A stretch of 64,000 nucleotides of DNA. It comes from an uncultured Lentisphaerales bacterium (lineage in GTDB: Bacteria > Verrucomicrobiota > Lentisphaeria > JABSQK01 > UBA12247). Within the stretch, counting starts at the first letter, position 1; each line of letters begins with the position of its first letter. Made by a program: the position numbers and the translations under genes. Below the pieces are notes generated by a model. The model saw only the letters and a list, made by a program, of their open reading frames with translations, ran no database searches and was not told the origin of the DNA. Location of the stretch: NCBI GenBank assembly GCA_943788985.1, contig CALSSJ010000021.1, positions 32,001-96,000 of the forward strand. Reading direction: 5' to 3'. Below, in pieces: positions 58,138 through 64,000 of the stretch.

Positions 58138-58995
58138 CTACGGCATGCTCCGTCGGACTTCGGCGGGATCAATCCCACGGGCGCGCGCTTTGCTCTCAAA
58201 GCTGGGGTCGGCCATGTCGAGCGGAAAGGTGATCTGGCAGACGGACGAGTGGCTGATCAGACTGGTCCCGCATGGAGTCTTGACCAAAAAGTCCTGCTGC
58301 CCAATCCCGATGCCGGTTGCCTCGAGGTCTGCGACCGACTCATCTTCCACATGCGCGAAGTAGCCGGTCGTCGTGCCTGAACGATGATAGTCGTCTCCGC
58401 ATTGCCAGGTGAGGCCGTAGAGGGCGGGCGCATAGACGGTTTTCTCGCTGCCGTTGTCATAGAACAACTGGGTCGGGCGCAAGGCTGCGGACTGCGCAAA
58501 AAGCATGCCGGCTAGTTTGGCAAACCCAATAAAGCGCAACGCGGTGGGCATGCTCTCTTTGTCCGCGTCAAACACCGCCAAGGCCCCAAGATGCGTGAGG
58601 GAGCCGTTGCAGAATACACCCTCAATATCCGGCTGAATGGAGGTTTTTCCTTCGCTCAACTGCCCTTGCCAAACAAGAGCGGCTCGCGGCCGATAGGGGC
58701 TCTCAGGCGCAAGTAAATGGCGCAAGTTGGTCAGTAACAACTCGCCGGGGGCTGGATGCTGTTCCTGCGCGGCTCGCGCCATGCACAGCAGATGATGGAA
58801 GCGCAGGCGCTCGGGCCAGTCCAGTTCCCCCGCCCGTTCGGCGAGTTTGGCCTGTTCATCCGGGTCGTGAGTCCAGTAGGAAATCTGTAGGTCAACGGCC
58901 CGTTTGAACAAGGGCGAGCCTTCAACTGGACGGACGGCCGCAGCAGCTTCCTCCGGCCTAAGCTGCCTCCGGAACAGTCGATCGATGATACCCAT
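58138..58995 (-). CDS. hypothetical protein
   Basis: 285-aa ORF in the same orientation as pilC; no recognised motif. Confidence 0.7.
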   Translation of the reverse strand: MGIIDRLFRRQLRPEEAAAAVRPVEGSPLFKRAVDLQISYWTHDPDEQAKLAERAGELDWPERLRFHHLLCMARAAQEQHPAPGELLLTNLRHLLAPESPYRPRAALVWQGQLSEGKTSIQPDIEGVFCNGSLTHLGALAVFDADKESMPTALRFIGFAKLAGMLFAQSAALRPTQLFYDNGSEKTVYAPALYGLTWQCGDDYHRSGTTTGYFAHVEDESVADLEATGIGIGQQDFLVKTPCGTSLISHSSVCQITFPLDMADPSFESKARARGIDPAEVRRSMP

Positions 58996-59047
58996 GGCGA
59001 TCGGTCTCGCGTGTAAGTATAAGAGGGACGCAACTGCTGAAAAAATA

Positions 59048-59084
59048 ATCCGTCAGACCGATCGGGTGGATCGATCTGACGGAT
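59048..59084 (-). terminator. Rho-independent terminator of pilC
   Basis: ATCCGTCAGA-C-CGATC-N5-GATCG-A-TCTGACGGAT stem, followed on the minus strand by TATTTTTT. Confidence 0.75.
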
Positions 59085-59110
59085 CTTCGCGTCGGGGCGA
59101 GCTCCTTGGC

Positions 59111-60382
59111 TCAGCCGCCGAGTGCGTCAATCAGTTTGATCAGCGGCATAAACAGCGCGATCACAATACCACCGACAACGACAGCGAGGAAGATAATCAT
59201 GACCGGCTCGATCAAGCTGGTCAATCCTTCCACGGCATTGTCGACTTCTTCTTCATACGTGATGGCGATACGAGCCAACATTTCTGGAAGCGCACCGGTT
59301 TCCTCGCCCACTTCGATCATGGACACCACCATGCCGGGAAAGACACCCGTGGACTCCAGAGGCTTACTCATGCCCTCGCCTTCTTTTACAGCATCATGCA
59401 CAACCTGCACGGCCTCCGCCACCATCGAGTTGCTGGCCGTATCGCGCACGATCTGTAACGCATTCAGGACTGAAACACCCGAACTCATCAGCGTGCCGAG
59501 CGTAGAACAGAACCTGGCGACCGCCACCTTTGTGACCAAACCGCCAAAGGGCGGCGTTTTGATCAAAATCATGTCAATGAGCCGACCGCCTTGCTTGGTC
59601 TTCTTCACCACTTTAAAGACGAAGACAAATACGATTAGCCCGATTATACCAAGGATCGATCGTTCTTTGAGGAAGTCACTGATCGAGATCACAAACTCGG
59701 TCAGCTGTGGCAGAGGCTCACCTGCGAGCATCTCGGAGAAGATCAGCTTGAATTTCGGGACGATGAACACCATCAAACCCACCGTAATACCACCGGCGAT
59801 GACCAAAACGGCCAGCGGGTAAACCAAGGCGGCCTTTACTTTTGCCTTCAGTTTTGCGGATTTTTCCATAAATCCTGCCAGTCGGTTCAGTACCGTTTCC
59901 ATGGCACCGGACGCCTCACCAGCGCGCACCATGTTGGTATACAGCCGATTGAATGACTTGGGATGCGCCGACAGCGCCTCGGAAAAGGTTTGACCGCCTT
60001 CCACAGCGTCGGCGACCTCACCGACGATATTTGCCACGATCATGTCCGTGGACTGGCGCTCCAAGGTCCGCAGTCCACGCACGAGTGGCAGACCGGCGTC
60101 GAGCAGTGTGGCCAGCTGGCGAGTAAAGGCGCAGAGGCCTTTCTGGGGGATGACCGCCGTACCGATCGTGATGGAACCCAAACCACCACCCTTCTTGCCT
60201 TTGCGGCCCTTGCTGCCTTTTTTGGCTTTCTTTCCGCCCCCATCTTTGGCTTCGGAGATGCTGGTTGGGAACAGCCCCTTGTCCTTCAGGCTTTTGATTG
60301 CGTCAGCTTCGGTCTCGGCCTGCAGCTGACCTTCCTTCTCCTTGCCTTGGCCATCCATGGCCACATAATTGAACTTAGCCAT
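59111..60382 (-). CDS. pilC: type IV pilus / type II secretion platform protein (GspF/PilC)
   Basis: FTRQLATLLDAGLPL, MVRAGEASG, VGEETGAL and SLIEP motifs. Confidence 0.94.
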   Translation of the reverse strand: MAKFNYVAMDGQGKEKEGQLQAETEADAIKSLKDKGLFPTSISEAKDGGGKKAKKGSKGRKGKKGGGLGSITIGTAVIPQKGLCAFTRQLATLLDAGLPLVRGLRTLERQSTDMIVANIVGEVADAVEGGQTFSEALSAHPKSFNRLYTNMVRAGEASGAMETVLNRLAGFMEKSAKLKAKVKAALVYPLAVLVIAGGITVGLMVFIVPKFKLIFSEMLAGEPLPQLTEFVISISDFLKERSILGIIGLIVFVFVFKVVKKTKQGGRLIDMILIKTPPFGGLVTKVAVARFCSTLGTLMSSGVSVLNALQIVRDTASNSMVAEAVQVVHDAVKEGEGMSKPLESTGVFPGMVVSMIEVGEETGALPEMLARIAITYEEEVDNAVEGLTSLIEPVMIIFLAVVVGGIVIALFMPLIKLIDALGG

Positions 60383-60548
60383 CTCTATCTCCGTAGTTCG
60401 TGCGCCAATTCCGTGTTACCATAATGCCGATGAGCGTTGCAGCAACAGGGTCTGGTGTGAAGACGATCGAAATCACGAATACGCACGGTAAATCGTCGAA
60501 GATTCAGGTGCCCCGCGACAGCTGGCCGCAAGAGCCTATATTTCGCGG

Positions 60549-61862
60549 ATGCAAATTAATTCTTCTTCTTCTAATGAAGCTGGTGACTCGCCAGTACTTT
60601 TTGACGACCTCAAGCTCTGCCAACCAATTCATGACGCACTGCATACAGTCGGCTATACAACCCCAACTCCAATTCAGGCTCAGGCAATTCCTTATGTTCT
60701 GGAGGGCCGTGACCTACTCGGAATCGCCCAAACCGGAACCGGTAAAACTGCGGCCTTTTCGCTACCGATCATAGACCGGCTGACGCGCGAGCCACGCCGT
60801 AGCCGCCCCGGCCATCCACGGGCACTCATCCTTACGCCCACTCGTGAATTAGCAGCGCAGATTCTGGAAAACCTGGAAGAGTACGGCTGCAACACCGAGC
60901 TGCGCTATGCGGTCATCTTTGGCGGCGTGAGTGAGAGACCACAGATTGCCAAAATGCAGGCAGGCGTTGATATCTTGGTGGCGACTCCAGGGCGCCTGAT
61001 GGATCTGATGGGCCAAAGGCATATCAAACTCGACCGGCTGGAAGTCTTTGTACTGGACGAGGCGGATCGGATGCTGGATATGGGCTTTATTCACGATATG
61101 CGCAAGGTGATCGCGGTTCTGCCGAAGGAGCGGCAAACGCTGTTCTTCTCGGCCACGATGCCACAGGCGATTTCACAGCTTGCAAGCTCATTGCTGATGG
61201 ATCCGGCCAGAGTTGAGATCACCCCCCCGGCGACCACGGTAGAGCGGATTGACCAATCCCTGATGTATGTCGAGAAGACCGCAAAGAATGATCTGCTCGT
61301 CCATCTCCTAGAAACCTCCGCCTCAGGCAAGACCCTTGTCTTCGGCCGCACCAAACACGGGTGCGACAAGATCGTCCGTGCGCTCTCGCGCGCCGGGATT
61401 AAGTCCGCGGCCATTCACGGAAACAAGAGCCAGAACGCGAGAGTGCGAGCCCTACGAGATTTTCGCGACGACTCGCTGATGGTGCTTGTCGCTACCGATA
61501 TCGCGGCACGTGGTATCGATGTAGACGGGATCCAGACGGTGATCAACTACGACCTGCCGAACGAGCCTGAGAGCTATGTCCACCGCATCGGGCGGACCGC
61601 CCGCGCCGGGCGTGACGGCCAGGCCATCGCGCTCTGCGATGCATCAGAGCAGAAATTCCTTCGAGATATCCAGCGCGTGATCGGGATGAAAATTCGGTGC
61701 AATCGTGACCACGAGTGGGATGTCGATCACGATCCGAACGCACCGCAGCACAAGCAAGGCGGCGGTGGCGGCGGCCGTGGCGGTGGTGGCGGCGGCCGTG
61801 GGCGCGGACGCCCGCACCCGAGCACCCACAATCGCAACCGGCCCTCGCGACACCGGCGCTGA
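60549..61862 (+). CDS. DEAD-box RNA helicase (RhlE-like)
   Basis: AQTGTGKT, PTRELA, DEAD, SAT, ARGID and HRIGRTAR motifs; Gly/Arg tail. Confidence 0.95.
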   Translation: MQINSSSSNEAGDSPVLFDDLKLCQPIHDALHTVGYTTPTPIQAQAIPYVLEGRDLLGIAQTGTGKTAAFSLPIIDRLTREPRRSRPGHPRALILTPTRELAAQILENLEEYGCNTELRYAVIFGGVSERPQIAKMQAGVDILVATPGRLMDLMGQRHIKLDRLEVFVLDEADRMLDMGFIHDMRKVIAVLPKERQTLFFSATMPQAISQLASSLLMDPARVEITPPATTVERIDQSLMYVEKTAKNDLLVHLLETSASGKTLVFGRTKHGCDKIVRALSRAGIKSAAIHGNKSQNARVRALRDFRDDSLMVLVATDIAARGIDVDGIQTVINYDLPNEPESYVHRIGRTARAGRDGQAIALCDASEQKFLRDIQRVIGMKIRCNRDHEWDVDHDPNAPQHKQGGGGGGRGGGGGGRGRGRPHPSTHNRNRPSRHRR

Positions 61863-61872
61863 TCAGATTGCA

Positions 61873-61895
61873 GGGCCGGGCGTAACGCCCGGCCC
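61873..61895. terminator. hairpin between convergent helicase and aspartate kinase genes
   Basis: GGGCCGGGCG-TAA-CGCCCGGCCC, a perfect 10-bp stem. Confidence 0.7.
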
Positions 61896-61905
61896 AAGCG
61901 ATCAT

Positions 61906-63310
61906 TTAGACTTGTTCGACCAAAGCACGGTGCAACGCAACTTGGGCGGACTCGAAGTCGCCCTCTGAGACGACAAACTGCATGTTCACTTGGCGCATGC
62001 ACTGACAGATCGCAATGACATTGATACCGGCGTCGGCCAGCGCGGTGGCCGACGTTGCCAGTAATCCTGGCACTTGCATATTGCTGCCGATCGCACAGAC
62101 CATGGTTACCGGACAGGTCCGCACGGCAGCGCTGGGGAAGGTCGCGTCGAGTTCTTCAAGGCAGGCGTCGAGATTTCGCACGCTGAGCGGCACGTAGTGG
62201 GTGATGGTATTGGCATTGGTGTTCTTGGCCACATAGCTAATGCCGTACTTTGCGAATACCGCAAGCAAGCGATAATCGAAGCCGCTTTGCCCGACCATGT
62301 CTGGATCCACGACCTCAATACCAACCATGGCGCGGCGACCAGTTACCATCTCTACCCGCGGTTGGGGACTGGCGTAGCTGCTGGAGATTACTGTGCCTTC
62401 GTGATCTGGCTCGAACGTGTTCTTGACGCGAATCGAGATGCCCTTCGCCTCCATCGCCTTGCTGGCGCGTGGATGAATGGCCTCCATACCGAGGTCGGCG
62501 AGTTGGTCGGCGACATCGAAGTTTGTCGCGCCAATCACCTGCACGCTGTCTTCGCCGATGAGATTGGGGTCGCCTGTGCTGAGGTGAAATTCCTTGTGAA
62601 TAATCCCTTCCAGAGCATCGGTGAGCACTGCGATCTTGCTGAACGTGATCTCGCTATACCCGCGATCGTAGGTGCCCATGATCCCCTCGGCACACTTTGT
62701 GTACCCAGTCGCGATCGGTAGTTGGGTCGCGAGGTTGAGACCGTCGAAGCCACGGCTGATCACTTCATCAAAGTCCAGGTTTGCCTTTTCCTGCCAGCCG
62801 GTAAGATCGACGAATACCGCGTTAACCCCCTGCTGCTGCAGGATCAGGGCCGCGTTATACGCACTGTGCGCCTCCCCAACTGAGCTGATCATCTCGCGAA
62901 CTGTCGGCAGGTAGTCGGATAATTCGAAATGCCCGAAGGAGCACAGACGCTGCAGGCTGCGCAAGCATTCGGAGACACCGCCCAGCCGTTCGTCGACAAA
63001 GGCATCTGCCTCCGCGCTGTCCAGCCCTAGCGGGGCCATGTCGGCGTTGATCCGCTTCATCGTGCTACGCACGTCTTCCAGCGCGTCACGCCAACTGGTA
63101 TCTGTGCCCGCAAAGCGCCCGTAGATGCCCGGTATTCCGTGTTTTTTTCCCTTCTAGTAGCAGATCGGTAATCCCGCCATATGCCGAGACCACAAAGATG
63201 CGTTGATACAAATCCTCGCCGGATCGGTCCTGGATGATCACGTTCTTCACCACGCGATCAAACTGGGTCATCGACGTGCCGCCGATCTTCTCTACGGTAT
63301 GCTGCGCCAT
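61906..63310 (-). CDS. aspartate kinase (Ask_Ect-like), frameshift near 63145
   Basis: HTVEKIGGTSM, IFVVSAYGGITDLLLE, DRGYSEITFS and DQLADLGMEAIHP motifs; extra A in an A7 run. Confidence 0.9.
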
Positions 63311-63405
63311 GATTCCCCCTGAAGAGCAAAAAACAGTACGTTACATAATTCCCGGGCGCCTGCAAACTCGGGCTACCCAGCGCGGCACAGAAAATACTTA
63401 GAGGC

Positions 63406-64000
63406 TTACTCCGCTGGCTGCGGCTCGCGTCCTTCCCCATAAGTAATTTCAACCTTGCTGCGCAGCGACGCCAGGTACTCTTCCATCACGCCCTGGCGGG
63501 CTTTTTGCGTCAGCTCGGCGACGAGTTGCTCCCGGGCCCCTTCGAATGAGGGCGCTGCTGCCTCGTTACGCTCGGTGACCTCAATCAAGTGATAGCCGAA
63601 ACTTGTCTCGACGACTTCACCGACCTTGTTCAGCTCCTGAGAAAAGGCAGCCTCTGAGAATTCCGGCACCATACGTTCGCGGGTGAAGGAACCCAGGCTC
63701 CCACCCTCGGCACTGCTGGGACACTCGGAATGTTCGCCTGCGATCTCCGCAAAATCGGAACCAGCTAGAATCTTCGTCCGGAGGTCCTTGATCTCTTTGA
63801 GCTTCGCTTGCTTAGTCGCGGCATCAGCATCCTTCTCGAGCTTGAGCAGGACGTGGCGCGCGCTGGCGCTCTCAGCTTTGGCGAAGCGTGTTTCGTCTTT
63901 TTCATACTCTGCTTTCAAAGCCTCTTCAGTGGGTTCCGGCAGCGATGCAGACTGCATGGCGACCAAGCTTTGGATGATGAGATCTTGGGCGATCTCACCG
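63406..64000 (-). CDS. PpiC-type peptidyl-prolyl isomerase (5' end outside window)
   Basis: SARHVL, HSECPSSAEGGSLG, MVPEFSEAAF and ETSFGYHLI motifs. Confidence 0.92.
   Translation of the reverse strand, partial: GEIAQDLIIQSLVAMQSASLPEPTEEALKAEYEKDETRFAKAESASARHVLLKLEKDADAATKQAKLKEIKDLRTKILAGSDFAEIAGEHSECPSSAEGGSLGSFTRERMVPEFSEAAFSQELNKVGEVVETSFGYHLIEVTERNEAAAPSFEGAREQLVAELTQKARQGVMEEYLASLRSKVEITYGEGREPQPAE

Noticed and set aside
63140..63152. Programmed frameshift at the G-GGA-AAA-AAA-like run in aspartate kinase
   Set aside because: The same one-base homopolymer excess occurs in many unrelated genes here; sequencing error is simpler.

Overview
A 64-kb, GC-rich (about 60% by eye) bacterial chromosome segment. 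Gene content points to a PVC-superphylum organism, possibly Lentisphaerota-like; this is inference from the prepilin/H-X-DG protein, the DUF1549/DUF1501 cluster, planctomycete cytochrome c, fused glyQS and a UAP1-type pyrophosphorylase. Most of it is housekeeping and transport genes (lepB, wecB, pssA, lipA, menB, a UvrD-type helicase, apbE, trmB, nhaA, glyQS, trmL, tRNA-His, pilC, a DEAD-box helicase, aspartate kinase). Small accessory scars are interspersed: a ParE pseudogene, a decayed histidine kinase, an IS3 remnant and a dockerin-like relic. At least seven otherwise intact genes carry single-base indels in homopolymer runs, most likely sequencing errors. The standout feature is at 21190-22025. 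There an intact GxxExxY PD-(D/E)XK-type nuclease gene sits among five full copies and one degenerate copy of an AT-rich 30-bp repeat made of three CACTAA units at 10-bp period. The copies are arranged as inverted pairs, one of them a perfect 32-bp inverted repeat, with repeated linkers. This resembles RAYT/REP systems but has a different nuclease fold, and is a candidate undescribed repeat-propagating system. All family assignments come from motif recognition by eye; no database searches were run.
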